Assembly: GCF_006345805.1 (NCBI RefSeq)
Contig: NC_043006.1
Span: 16,926,001 to 16,990,000 of the forward strand
Direction of reading: 5' to 3'
DNA: 64,000 bases
From: Octopus sinensis
Taxonomy: Eukaryota
Numbering within the stretch: position 1 is the stretch's first letter; the number at the start of each line of letters is the position of its first letter. Both the position numbers and the translations under genes were made by a program. Below, one piece after another: positions 48,991 to 62,456 of this stretch. The notes beneath the pieces are model-generated. The model was given only the letters and a program-made list of their open reading frames with translations, did not search any database and was not told where the DNA came from.

Positions 48991-51654
48991 ACACAAAATA
49001 TCTTGCAGAGTTCAATAAAAATTCAAAGAACTGTAAAAAATGGGAACCTGTCGTATAATCATTACACTTCAAAGAATCAAAAGAATAAACATGTCAACTG
49101 ATAAAGAAATTTGTTTAAAAAAAAAGTGAATGCTGTTCACTTGTTTTTGTCATTGGAGAACATTTCCTTCCTTTAGACAATGTGTTTTCATATCACGATT
49201 CATTGTTGTAAAGGACTTTGAGGCACTTCTGTGTTTCAACCCTTTTGTATGTCTCAGCAGTCAAAGCTATCCCAAAACCAATGAATCAAGCAAGAGTACC
49301 GGCTCTTGTTTATATAAACAAATTACTTGCTGATGCACATTGATGTCTGCCAAACTGACAATAATTCACAATGTGCATTGCAGAACAGAGATCCAAGCAA
49401 TAACATCTATTCATCCTGAATACATTCTGGCAGTTTCAAATGTGAATATGCTGACTGTTATTGTATTTCATCATCAGAGAACATCTCTTCTCTTTAGATG
49501 ATGTGTGTTCATAATACATACAATTCATTGATGTAAAGTGTGGAAACACACATCATCTAGAGGGAGATGTTCTCTGATGATGAAATACAACAGTGATTGG
49601 CATATTCATGTTTGAATCTACCAAAACACATTGACAATTGATATATTACAAATGAAAGCTGTTAGTGTCATATGTGTGGAACACATTTAAAAAATTTGAT
49701 TCGCTTCAATTTCAGTGCACCAGCATGGCCACAGCTCAATGACTGAAACAAGTAAAAGATAAAAAGATAGAGAGATTATTTTTACAAATTTTGCCCATTT
49801 TAATTTTCTGAAGTTTCATCACCAAACCATTTTCTTTCTCATAATTAGTATACCACTAGTATTAACTGAATGTCTTAATTATGAAGAGACAGGATTTCTC
49901 TTTCATAGTTGTTCATTGCTATATTCCTCCAAACCAGCAAAAAGTTAAATACACAAAACTCAATCAAGATACATCATAATAAAAAGATCAACTTGAACAA
50001 AATTGTACAAGTAAAATTTCTTTAAATCTATTGAGGCAAGAATAAATTACAGGTGTTTTGCTTTGGATAAATTTCTTGTTAAAATCTTAGTGTTTTACTA
50101 ATTTTAGGTGAGATGAGGCTTAGTGCATAAGCAAGATATAGGTTGTTTTTTTTTTTTAAGGATATTTATAAAGAAATGGTTATATAAACTACCAATTCAC
50201 CACTAATGTTTCATAATTTTAAGTAAATTAAAAAAATATAGTCAGTTATTAGTGGTGGAAAAAAAAATGATCTGAATTTTTCTGTTGAGAAATTTTCTAA
50301 GATATTTTTTATAAAAATAAAATGTAAACAAATTCAATAACATATGTAACAGAAAAATAAAAAATAAAACAAAAGTCAGATAAATAACACAAACCAATAC
50401 ACTAAACAAATAAAAATGTGTACAACTAAAATATGCTTGATTAGAAAAAAAATGCCAACTCAATCAATAAAGTTAATATAATTGATTAAATAAATATATA
50501 TATATACATACACACATACAGACATATATTTACTGACTTTACTGCATTCAATGCTCAGGTGTACTATGACTAGAATGATGCTTACATGACTCACCTTTCC
50601 CAAGCAGTCACCTTTCTAAATACTAACGAGGCTTGACATTGTTTAACTTCAATAAAAGGACAAAAACAGGCACATTCAACATGTGTGTGTCTGTGTATAT
50701 ACATATACAGGTATACACACATGTATATACACATTACAACACTGACGTTTTTGAACACTGATGATCCGGAACCTCTTATAATCTCTCACTAATTTACAAG
50801 CAGGAACTTCAAATTCCCTTGGCTGCCAGGCTAATTAATTGGTACCTTGCACAGTACAGTATTAATAAACTTATATCATTTACACTAATATACAGACATC
50901 TGTATTTTATTTAATTATTTAAATAAATTTGATATTTGATTACTGATTAATTTAGAGTGTGACTACCCCTGGTTTCAAAGAGTCAGTATCTGGAATGGCT
51001 TTAAAACTGAAAAAAAAATCGATGTTGTACCTGTATATAAACATACACACACACATATGTGTGTGTGTGTGTGTGTATATCTGTGCATGTATGTTTTATT
51101 ATATCAAAACATGAGGGCCAACTCTGAGCTTTGGCTTTTGCTGACAATGACTGCTGAGAAGAAAGAGACCTGAAGTATTTATAAAATTAGGGAGCTATTT
51201 TTCTCTACAATTGTGATCAGCGAAAGATGAAACTCAAATTAGAAAGGCATTTTTGGTTTGATATCACAAACACAGCTATCCATTCTACCCTATGTATCGA
51301 GTTCTGTATCAATGTTTGCACTATGTAAAATATACACTTGTACATATGTTACAACACACTATATATACATCATATGTTGCTATATGTCAAATGACTAAGT
51401 GCTCAATACATGTTGTAGAAAATATGCTTTTATTTTTATTGAAACAGTTTTAGTTTCAATAAAAAATACTATATATATATATATATATATATATAAATTA
51501 GGATAAGATCGTTAATTTAGATTAAATAACGATCTTATCAAGTGGCCAGCATGGAAAAAACCTTCAATGGTAATAATTATTATTAAAATTATAACTTAAG
51601 GTATCTACAAGATACCGCCAGGCTGCTATTTTCAGTATGGTGGTATCTTGCTAT

Positions 51655-51795
51655 AATATATATATATATTTGGTACTAAGTTATAATATATATATATTTG
51701 GTACTCAAGTTATAATATATATATATTTGGTACTCAAGTTATAATATATATATATTTGGTACTCAAGTTATAATATATATATATTTGGTACTCAA
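51655..51795. repeat. About 29-bp minisatellite (ttataatatatatatatttggtactcaag), about 5 copies
   Basis: Direct periodicity. Confidence 0.85.
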
Positions 51796-52628
51796 GAAGA
51801 CTGCCACAGCAGAATTAATTCTGGCGCTGGTGATAGATAAAAAGCACTTGTGCTGGTTCCACATCAAACACACTAATGATTGTGCCACATATTAAAACTC
51901 CCAGTACACTCTATGGAGTGGTTGTTGGCGTTAGAAAGGACATCCAGCTGTAAAAACCATGCCAGAACAGACAATGGAGCCTAGTGCAGCCCCTGGCCTT
52001 ACCAGCTCCAGTCAAACCATCCAACCCATACCAGCATGGAAAACAGATATTAAATGATGATAATATATATATATAACATTTTCCATGGTAAGCTGTGATA
52101 TTTGCTTATTCTTAGAGCCAAAAGTGTTTTTTTTTTTAAATGGCTGCTCTGCTCTATCCTAACAACTTAGTAAGAAGTGGAATCTACTGTCTGCCAGGTT
52201 GAGTTGTGTACCCTGTGAAGAGCATAGCAGAACTCTACCTTAAAATCTTTGATTTACTATCATATCTGACATTTATAATACCTCATTTAATAAATGCTAA
52301 TTTTCTTGTGTTATATGTTGTATCACAAGTAATCTTGGATTAACCCTTCTAATAACAGTTTATTTGTTATCCCCTCATAATTAACTAAGAATTTCTTAAA
52401 TATATTATTTTTAAGTATATGTTATTTTCTTGCATGAAAGAGTTTGAATCAAAGAGAAAAGGCCAAGTATAAACTACCAGTAACAACAGCTTAGAGAAAT
52501 GGCCTTTGTTAGTAAAAAACAAAAATGACAACCCAGTTTATACAGAGAAGAAAGTCTTAATTAGAACTCAGAATAATAGAACTGGTAAAAATAAAAACAG
52601 TGCAACAGAAAAACTAAAAGTAACTTTA

Positions 52629-53107
52629 CCCTTTTGATACTAACCCGTCAAAGACCATTCTAGGTCTATGATACAAAATTCTTAATTTTTAAATTAACCA
52701 TATTTAAATTCAGACATTCCAACATAATTTTATCTATGAGCCTTTTGTGAAATATTCCAAACAACAAGTTCAACTTTTTGATACCAATACACCTGAGACT
52801 GTTCCTGGTTCTATGATGCCTTCTTCCTGTTTTAATGGGATCTAAATTAAAACCTTCCATCAAAAGTTTTTATGTTGATTTGTGTTTCAAATTCAAACAC
52901 TTTCTTAGTAAAGGACTAAATTCTTCATTTTCAAAACTAAATGAAATGAACAGTGTACTTCAACAGAAATGAACAGTGTACTTCAACAAGAGTTAATGAG
53001 TAAAATTAGTTATTCTATTAAATCCCTCAATTTGTTTACTATCTTTATATAAAAATTAATTGAAATACACAAGGCAGTATTTCAATAGAAATACAGAAAA
53101 CAATGGG
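52629..53107. mobile_element. piggyBac-type MITE, longer relative of 10464-10683 (degenerate relative at 29002-29244)
   Basis: CCCTTTTGATAC…AATGGG|TTAA, with internal similarity to the 10.5-kb copy. Confidence 0.55.
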
Positions 53108-53663
53108 TTAACACAGATTTCGTTCAAGAGATTTAAAGCATTTTCCCCATATATTTCTAGAAAGATCTTGAAAGAACTTAATCAGCACCTAAATAAAAAC
53201 TCAAGCTATTTGCTTATTTTTTTTTTTTAAACAATATTTTATCAGAGCAACTAAACTAAATACCAAAAAATGTTCTTATGGCAGCATTATATTTGCAAAC
53301 TAAAAAATAAATTAACAAAACCAACAAATGAATTAAAAGGAATAGACGAATTTTATAAATCTTTTTTACTCTTGAAATAGATCATGTGTTTTTTGGTTTT
53401 TATTCTTTTACTTTCTCTTTAGTTCATCTTCAGTTTTCAATAAAATTAAATTAGCCTCACCGATGTTTTAATAACCTATCAAATGCTTTCGTAACTTTTC
53501 ATAACAATAATAATAATAATAATAATAATTGAATTAATTAAAAAAAAAATATGAGGAGAGGAAAAAGCAAAAAGAAAAAGGAAAAAAAAGCTTATGTATC
53601 ACATATTTTCTTTTATAGTTAAATATTATATATATATATATATATATATAATATAGCATAAAT

Positions 53664-54423
53664 TCAAATAGAATTTAAACTGCCATAGTCATCATTTGAA
53701 TGATGTTTGTTACAAACATTATCAGGTCTGTGGGTCCAGTAATTTTGTGAAGAGTCAGCAAGACTTGCTGCCGAAAAATTTGAACACAGTTCAGTATCTT
53801 CGTGAGAATATTGCTGTGGGAGTGAAGAGTGACGAGACGACGTGCTACTGTTACTACCAACACTTGCTTCACTTTGCGTAGGCTCTGATAACTTTTGACT
53901 TGATAAGCCACTAGTATGTCGATACGGAAGTTTTGGGCTATGGCCAGCTGACCTAATGGTTGAAGGGGAATATGAACCAGGAGAAAATTTTTTCAGCCAT
54001 GCCGATGTGAGTTTAGAATTATCACAATCAAGGTCTCCACTACTAGAAATCGTCCTGTCTTGTTCTGACATGTCATTGTCACAATTAGAATTGTTCAAAA
54101 AGCTTTCATTACTCAAACTGAACATTTTAGTAACCGGTCGCTGTATTTGAAAGAAACTGTCGTCCGTTCTTTGAAACATGTCTTCTGTCACTTGAACACC
54201 ATTACTTGCTGTCATAGGTGATGGGAGCTCAGACGTAGCTTCCATAGCGAGTTCTGCAGTACCGGTAGGAGATAACTTTGATGAAGTGTCCACAACCCCT
54301 TCAAGTTCGTCAATCTCACATACGGCCGTTCTTGTAGCAGAATCAATGAGGGTCATTTGGCCAGATGGTGATATATAATCCTGAAGATTTGATGGCACTG
54401 GACTCAAATGTGATGACTGTTCA
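53664..54423 (-). CDS. UVRAG: UVRAG terminal coding exon, Ser-rich low-complexity C-terminal tail, stop TGA at 53666-53664
   Basis: Acceptor ccattttag at 54425-54424. The first base completes the phase-2 codon from the previous exon and joins in frame with the 247-aa ORF in the track. Confidence 0.88.
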
Positions 54424-54725
54424 CTAAAATGGAATAAATAAGAAAATAGAAGTCACTAAAAGTATTTACAAATTGTAACTATTGAAAAATATTACAAAAT
54501 TTAACAAAGACATATTTTATTATGAAGTGAATTGATTCAATGAGCCTTAACATGTACAGCATATCTTGCTGTAAATGAGTAATACAAATAATGGACATTA
54601 CTAATAGTAATTAGAGACAGGAACAATGCATAGCATCTTTAGATGAAGGTGTTGGGTTGCACCTTCATACAAGTGTTCAAAAAGTGGTTCTATTTTAAAC
54701 AATTTTAAGTGTATTTTAATATAGT

Positions 54726-55168
54726 CATTTTCATTTCATTTCATCTAGTTTCAGCTCACGAGCTGTGGCCATGCTAGGGCACTGCCATTCGGTGTTGCTA
54801 CATGATTTTACTTCACGAATGCTTTTCAGCAATTGACATCTGGTGCATGAGAGAGTTTGATGCAATTGCCCTCATCTGCACCTCCTGCCGTGAAGTTGGT
54901 TCATCTGGGACACCTGACAGGAAGAGGTTCAGCTTTATTTTGAAGACATCTGCATCCACCCCATGCAGGTCTTTCAGGTCCTTCGGGAGGATATTGAAGA
55001 GCTGTGGACCTCTGAAGCCCAGGCTATTGCAGTATCTTGTCCTATATCTTGATGGCATCCTTGGCACTATGCAGTGGCGCCCAGTTCTAGTATTTGTGTA
55101 ACTCTTGATGCCAAAGTTTGGGACAAGTCCTTCTAGGATCTTCCAGATATATATTATGGCATATCTTA
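54726..55168 (-). mobile_element. 5'-truncated CR1-group LINE 3' end in the last UVRAG intron
   Basis: YAIIYIWKILEGLVPN…GPQLFNILPKDL…VFKIKLNLFLSGVPDEP…SNSL, followed by a 3'UTR and a (GAAAT)n tail. Confidence 0.8.
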
Positions 55169-56604
55169 ATTTTTTTAAGCAACACACATAAATTATTTAT
55201 TATTCATATAAAAAAATAAATATTAAAAAAACTCCAATTAAAAAAAAAATAAAGAAGTGAAATGTAGTAAAGAATCACTAATGATATTAGTTATTTGTCA
55301 AGAAGTTCAGGCAGGAAAATTATACTGTTAAATGTTATTACGGAATACTTGTGAAATTTTGACACAGATCAAAGAGATTTTAGCCTTCATATCTTTGCCA
55401 GTTAACAAGAGGGAGAAAGAAATTGCATTGTATAATAAATAATTAGGACTCCCTTCAGTCATGAATGACCATGGTATTGCACCTAGAAAGTTCCCCTCCA
55501 AGGCACAAGTTCAAGCAAGGTTGTTTATGGAAGGTCAGCAGTTGCCCATGAATACCAGTCTCCTCTCTCTCTCTCCATGCCACCAATGTTATCCAAGGGA
55601 AAGGCAAAGGCCAATACAGCTTGACACCAGTGGCGTTGCAACCCATTTTTACAGATGAGTTAAATGGACCAATGTGAAATAAAGTATCTTGCTCAAGAAG
55701 ACAACATACAGCCCAGTCTGAGAATTGAATTCACAATCTCATGATTGTAAGCGTGATGCTCTAACCACTGGGCTATGCACCTTCACATCTAATTATAATA
55801 GCTCTAACCACTGAGCTATGCACCTTCACATCTAATTATAATACATAATTAGATGTATAATATATACTGTCTAACTTAAAAGAGTAAAGCGACTTCATTT
55901 GATTTAATACTGGCATTAACCTCAAAGAAACATTTATTTCATCATTATCATTTTAACAAAACTTTTCCATTCTTTCAGGGTTTGGACAGAGTTTATTGAG
56001 GCAGATTTTCTACACCTGAATGATCTTCCTGTCACCAACCCTCACCTGTTTTCAAGAAAAGTAATACTTCCCCATGGTCAGACATGCTTTTGCAGAATAT
56101 TGGAAATGAATGGCACAACTTGTTATGATAGTGACACTTACGTGATGTCAAGACAAAGACACACAATAAGCCTATTTCTGTTTCTATCCCTGAAATCAAT
56201 GCACAGGGTTTGGTGTTTTAGCAGAATCTTTTTACACATGCCACTGGCACAGGTGCCAGTAAGGCGACGTTGGTAACGATCACGCTCAAATGGTGCTCCT
56301 TTTACATGCCACCGGCACAGAAGCCAGTTGGCTGCTCTGGCAACAATCACGCTCGGATGGTGCTCTTGGCACCCTACTAGCATGGGCACAAGTGCCAGTA
56401 AGGCGACACTGGTAACGATCACATTGAAATGGTGCCCTTTTATGTGCCACTGGCATGGAAGCACCATATGATCACACTCGTATGGTGCTCTTTGCACCCT
56501 GCTAGCACGGATGCCAGTCATCGATTTTTTAAAATAAAATATATTCATTGTAATTATTAATTAAAAACAAAAATCATTAAATTATTCTTCAACTGCAAGC
56601 TCAC

Positions 56605-56696
56605 CTTCTTACACCTAACCGAAGTTCCAATAATGATTTAAGGTTAGGTAACGTTAATCGGAGATCTGCAGTTCCAAGACCACAATACCATCGAAG
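56605..56696 (-). CDS. UVRAG: UVRAG coding exon (LRWYCGLGTADLRLTLPNLKSLLELRLGVR)
   Basis: Acceptor ttttctcctag, donor AG|gtgagc. 92 nt, phase 0 to 2. Matches '[20 protein letters not shown]'. Confidence 0.95.
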
Positions 56697-57466
56697 CTAG
56701 GAGAAAAGAAAACAAAAGAAATAATTACAGCATGCAAAGTTACAGTTTCTTAAAACAGCATGTAGACACAAATTTGTAAAGGCAGAAATACAGTCAAAAC
56801 TTAAGTTAAAACTAGTACAAGCTTGGTACTAACTTATTTTGTCAATCATTGAAGCCTAAGTTAGTAGAATCATTAGAGTACCACATGGAATTCTTCCCTG
56901 TATTTGTTCTGGGTTCAAATCTCATTGTGGCCTACATTGGTTATAGAGTTAATCTGTAATCTGTTGTTCAGTTTACCACCTGTTCCTTATGTGCTTTTAA
57001 ATAAAATCACTCTGTTGGAAGTATTCAGGTCAGGTTTTTATTTTGAGGATACCTTCCTCCCTGGCATTCTCTCCACCAGTTTTGGAGGCCCTCTAATGGG
57101 TCATGAATACTGCTAGTCCTCCTGACCAAGCAATAAAACAAAAATGCATTTCTACTATGGAAGCTCAAATAGTTCTATAGGCTATTATCCAAAACCTGTT
57201 TCAAAGTAAAGTTAGAATATATTTATCAAATTCAATATTAAGGATAGATAGCTGTGCAAATTCCAGCAACTTATGCCAGAGTTTAGATTTATGAAACCAT
57301 AGAATCTATGCAAAAATATGAAGAGAAAATGGATATGAAGTATCTAGTTTAAAAATACTGAATTCATGCTGATTACATTAAATAACACTATAACAGTAAT
57401 TCTCATAGTGTAGCTGAGATCTAGTAAAAGAAAAAAAATTGTTCAAAAGATATCAGCTATACTTAC

Positions 57467-57545
57467 TTGACTAATATTCTTATTTAAAAGATAAACACCA
57501 TAATGAAAGTAGAAATCTTTCTTTCCTTTACTATATAATGGAAAG
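57467..57545 (-). CDS. UVRAG: UVRAG coding exon ([26 protein letters not shown])
   Basis: Acceptor ttttgcag, donor CAA|gtaagt. 79 nt, phase 2 to 0. Matches '[26 protein letters not shown]'. Confidence 0.95.
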
Positions 57546-57904
57546 CTGCAAAATTGAAACAGAAAGTATGAATAGATAATATATTTGTTTATCAGGATAT
57601 TCAGAAGCTGTAAACAATAAATCTATGCAGCATGGAATTTTGTCAGTGAACAGATCGCAGTTTCAAAGCAACGGAAATATTTTGACAGATTAAATTTAAA
57701 TGTTAAAATGAATCTAACAGTTTTTGTGTGTCTTAAATGGTTTATAAACACCTTCCACGCTGCAATTGTTTTTGTTTCAGAACATGATCTCAGATCAGGT
57801 CACTTGCTATGCAAGTACATCTCCGTAATAAATCTATGGTTTCAGAGGAGTTGAGGAAAGACAACAATTACATGAAACGGAATTGTAAGTAATGTAAAAC
57901 TCAC

Positions 57905-58070
57905 TTGCGTTCTCGTTCACTTAATTTAGTGTGAATGTGGTCTTGGATCTGAGACCTAGAGCCACGGTATTCCATGGGGTACCGTAATGGCAAATTTAAA
58001 ATATGAGACAACATTAAAATCATATGACACGTGTAGCCTAATCCAACAGCAACCATGGTGTCATCATGCC
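57905..58070 (-). CDS. UVRAG: UVRAG coding exon, BARA2-region (GHDDTMVAVGLGYTCHMILMLSHILNLPLRYPMEYRGSRSQIQDHIHTKLSERER)
   Basis: Acceptor tttttcag, donor AA|gtgagt. 166 nt, phase 1 to 2. Matches '[37 protein letters not shown]'. Confidence 0.95.
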
Positions 58071-58688
58071 CTGAAAAATATGAAAAAAAAAAAAATATTA
58101 AAACAATTCAACCAACTTAACAATAATAAAAATAATAGAGAATGCTTCTTGTAAAAGCATTGATGTTTTTTTTCTTTCTTTCGTTTTTTTTGTTGATAAT
58201 GTTGGAGTGGGAGTACTTTCAGTTACATACTGGAAAGACTTGTCCCTTACACTGGTTCAGTAGTGCTAGACAAGTCATAAATGAAACATTTCCTACTATG
58301 AGTAACTGATATATAATTGAAGAGATAAGTTAGCCACAAGTTAATAAATTTCATATATGAAAATACTGAGGTGCCCCAACACAGCTGCTGTCTAATGACT
58401 TAAACAAGCAATGGGTAAAAGATAAAAGGTATGAGCAACCAGTAAGTAAAGTTAAGAAGCTCACAGTTTGCTTTTGTAAGATGTAGCTTAATAGAGCAAA
58501 TTACAGGTTTTACTGTTCACATGTTTCATATACCTGGTGTTGTCACCATGGAAATGAGCAAATTGGATTCAGTCAGTGCACTGCAATTTGATTTAGTGGG
58601 GACTCAAACTGAATATTAGCTATCAGTATTACCATCAATAATAAAATTAACACAATAATTAAATAAATTACCACAACCAAAAAGTTAC

Positions 58689-58749
58689 CTTGAATGTCTT
58701 CTGCATTTGGAAGTTTCACATCACAGATGAAAAATTGTTTATTAGAATC
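58689..58749 (-). CDS. UVRAG: UVRAG coding exon (DSNKQFFICDVKLPNAEDIQ)
   Basis: Acceptor ttaattacag, donor G|gtaact. 61 nt, phase 0 to 1. Matches UVRAG 'DYFVCGVKLPNSEDFQ'. Confidence 0.93.
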
Positions 58750-59756
58750 CTGTAATTAATGAAAATATGTGTGTATACTAACCAGACATAATTTGTTGTT
58801 AATATGGAGATCATCAATAGAATCATCATCATCATCGTCATCATCATCATTTAGCGTCCGTTTTTCATGCTAGCATGGGTTGGACGGTTCAACTGGGGTC
58901 TGTGAAGCCGGAAGGCTTCATCAGGCCCAGTCAGATCTGGCAGTGTTTCTACGGCTGGATGCCCTTCCTAACGCCAACCACTCCGTGAGTGTAGTGGGTG
59001 CTTTTTACATGCCACCTGCACAGGTGCCAGACAGAGCTGGCAAACGGCCACGAACGGATGGTGCTTTTACGTGCCACCGGCACGGAGGTTGAATAAAGAT
59101 CAATATAAAAAAAAAAACTAATTAAAAAAGTGACTTTTACTTGAAAATATAATTTAAATTACTCCAAGGGAGAGAAAATAAATTTTCTTTTAGCAGCAGA
59201 AAAACCTTAGCTATAAGATATCCTGATGTTAATTTAGGAAGAATTTTGCTCAAAGTCATTTTGATTCTTGAAATGTTACATTGGTCAGATAAGGTGTCTG
59301 CATCTCTGCTGAAGAGTCATTAGTTCCAAATTTAACTTCTCTTGTCCTATTAATCAAGCAGCACCATAAATAATAAGACAGAAAGTGACTGTTTTGTGAT
59401 TCAGCTCCTTTGATACCAGCCTGCTTGAGATTTCCTTTTGTCCTATGATACAAACTCCCTATTTTAAAGTGATTTAAATTAAAATCATCCAGCAAAATTT
59501 CATGCTGATTTATGTTCCAAACACCAGCTCAATAATGACAGAGTTACTTTACTCCTATTCTTTGAAATTAATTAAAATGAAAACAGAGCAGTTCAATAGA
59601 AATTTGGCAACAAAAGCATTAAACTATTTAGAAACTGACATGTAGTTTGGTAGATTATGGTATCAAGATTGAAACCTTGATTAATTTGATATCCATTTTC
59701 TGTACATAGTTAGAAAAAAAATATTTGTCCAGCTATAATTCTTACCATAAATTAAT

Positions 59757-59795
<39 letters not shown>

Positions 59796-59840
59796 GTTTA
59801 AATATTTGCTGTGCAAATATGACCATTCCGAAATATAACA

Positions 59841-59873
<33 letters not shown>

Positions 59874-60502
59874 TACATACATGCATGCATATATGGGTAC
59901 AGGATGTAACCAACAGTGCAAATAACATGAAATATGTAAACAATGAGGAAAAAATGGAAAACAGGACAAGTAAACACAGAGAAAGGACCCTTCATCAGTT
60001 GTCAGCTGTCTATCTATTCCTCATTTTGAGCATTCAATGACAATATGAGTCTTCAAAGATAGTCGCTCCCATAAATTCTAAAATAAATTTAGGATTTATG
60101 GAGGGTCAAAGTTGGGAACAAAAAAATAACAGTGGAGATATACACACACATATATATATTATTTATTATTTAATTGAACACGATGCATCCATTTCCAAGT
60201 AAGTACATATATTTATAATGTAAATTGGGATAGAACCGTTGGAAGCTCATTGTAATACCAACCATAGAAGTGGAAGATACAATTACAGTTATCATAATCA
60301 TTCTTAATGTAAATTGCATTTTCCTATGTTTAATTGAGACTTCAGAATAGCATGTGTGTTATAACTCCCTCTCATTTCAGAATCATTCCATCTGGAGAGT
60401 TAAACATCTTGCTATCTTTCACTACCATGGGTACCTCTCCTCCCACTTTCAGCATGACACATTTTTACTCAATATTCATCATCTATTTACATTACATGTT
60501 AT

Positions 60503-60784
60503 TTAGTTAGTTAGTTAGTTAATTTGGCTCAAAAGCAAATAGCAAGGCCATGTAGGGGGACATGGAGTTAAGTACAGGGTGGTGTTCATGTAAAGAGTTC
60601 AGGCCACTTGAGGTCAAGGGAGGCTTTGAACAAAGCGGTCGTCGGCATCTTCACCATCTCGTCTGGCAGCTTGTTCCACGGATCCGCAACCCGGACGGAG
60701 AAAGCTCCTCTCCTTCGATTGAGATGAAATCGTCGCAGGTAGAGCTTTTCGGAATGACCCCGCAGCCGATGCTCTGGAGCAGGA
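60503..60784 (-). mobile_element. 5'-truncated CR1 LINE with an uninterrupted ORF2 end
   Basis: RLRGHSEKLYLRRFHLNRRRGAFSVRVADPWNKLPDEMVKMPTTALFKASLDLKWPELFT*, then a (TAAC)n tail. Confidence 0.85.
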
Positions 60785-62365
60785 GTGACATATTTGTTAC
60801 ATCAGTGTAGTTGCTTATTCAACTGTCTTCATCTCACATAGGTTCTTCCTTTTGTACAAATTATACTGCTCGGTCTCAACTTATTTCTGGATCTCTTCAC
60901 TTTCATCGGCAGATTGAGAAATTAACTTTTTGTAACACTTTCAAACTTCAGACACTGGTAGAATGTGTCATATAAAACATCTTTTACTCTTAGTATTGTT
61001 GAGAAAAGTTTCTGTTTACGTAGTTATTTTGTGTTAAAGTTGTCGTATTTTGGTAATTTCAACCAATCAATGACATGTATTCAGCTGAATAACATTACAC
61101 AAGTCACAAGTCTTTTACATTAAATCTATTTTGCAGCAAAATTCTTCTTACACAAGCTTCAAAAGAGTCTGTCTGTCTGTCTCTGTCTGTCTCTCTCTCT
61201 CTCACACACACACAAAATATCCCCCACCATGAGCTTTTACCACCCATTCCTAACTCTGGCTACAATACTATTAATACAAAACCTCCAGTTCTAATTACAT
61301 TACTCAGATAATAAAAACCACCTACAACTTCTACCAAAGCTTTCAAAGATGCTCATGGAATTCATTTTATGGATGCACCAACAGCTAAATACTCCTGTAC
61401 ATGTGAAGCTTAAGTTTCTGTTTGTGTGCTCATTGCTTTGACTGAATACAAAACAGAGCTTTTACATTCCTGGATTTCGAAAAAGGTCAGTTACTAAATG
61501 GTACTTGAGCTTTAGGAGTTTTATTACTGATTAGTACTCTTGAGTTTTATGAAATTTACTTTCTTTAGGTTTATTCTTTCTTATGCATTACCTTGAGAAA
61601 TTATTCAATGAGAGCCTGGTTACCAGCTTATAAAAGTTCCATGAATCCAATATCATATAATATGATAATGTGTGTGTGTGTATTTCACTTGTTACTGTTT
61701 GAGCAAAGTAGTGCTAATGTTGATGACTATGGAATATAAAAATCTGTTATCTGAAAAACTAACTTTTATCTTAAATCTGTCCTCTTTGCTTCTTTTACAA
61801 TTACTGCAATATCTTCACTTAAATTGCTTGTTCTATGAAAGCCCTATTCACTCCATCTCTAGTCTACTATTAGTTGGTTGCCTTTTCAAAACCACATACT
61901 CAATGTTTTTCATAATTTTATTCCCCTATTGCCATTATCTTCCAACCAACAACTAAGAATCAACAAAGATTCAAACCAAATATCAGCTGAATAACTTCTC
62001 ACAAGTCCTGTGCGTAGAATCTGCGATCTCTCCTCAGACCAAAAATCATTTCTATTAGAAACCACAGGAATATTTTAGAAATCCTATATAAGCACTTATT
62101 GATCACAGAAGATCTAAACAGAATCAAATGTTTTAGTTGAAAACAGGCTGAAATTGTTGAATAAAAACAAGTAAGTTAATGTGAGTTCATAAAATTTGTT
62201 CAATAAAATTGGTAAATGGAATCAGGTTCTGCATTTTGTACATTAAAGTTGAGAAGAATAAACATTCTGTAAAGGGGGGAAATAAGAGAAAGTGGCATGG
62301 GAAACATAAACAGATGTGGCAGCAGCAAAGCTCACTGTAATTTAAATGACATACAAAATCCTTAC

Positions 62366-62456
62366 CTCAGTAATTGGATAAATATATTCTGCTAATTCTG
62401 TTATCAATTGCTTTCGCCGTATCCATAACTGAGCATTTTCTTTAACTAAGTGTTCT
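62366..62456 (-). CDS. UVRAG: UVRAG coding exon (…EHLVKENAQLWIRRKQLITELAEYIYPITE); upstream exons lie beyond the window
   Basis: Pyrimidine-rich acceptor …cactgtag and donor GAG|gtaagg. 91 nt, phase 2 to 0. Resembles vertebrate UVRAG '[27 protein letters not shown]' (recalled from memory). Confidence 0.93.

Noticed and set aside
59270-59350. Segment translating QQRCRHLI, reminiscent of UVRAG 'TIRCRQLL'
   Set aside because: It is followed by in-frame stops with no donor; the true exon is at 62366-62456.
59975-60010. gacaa-CTGATGA…ttgtc hammerhead-like start on the minus strand (also CTGATGA at 50759 and 39611)
   Set aside because: No GAAA core and no stem III.
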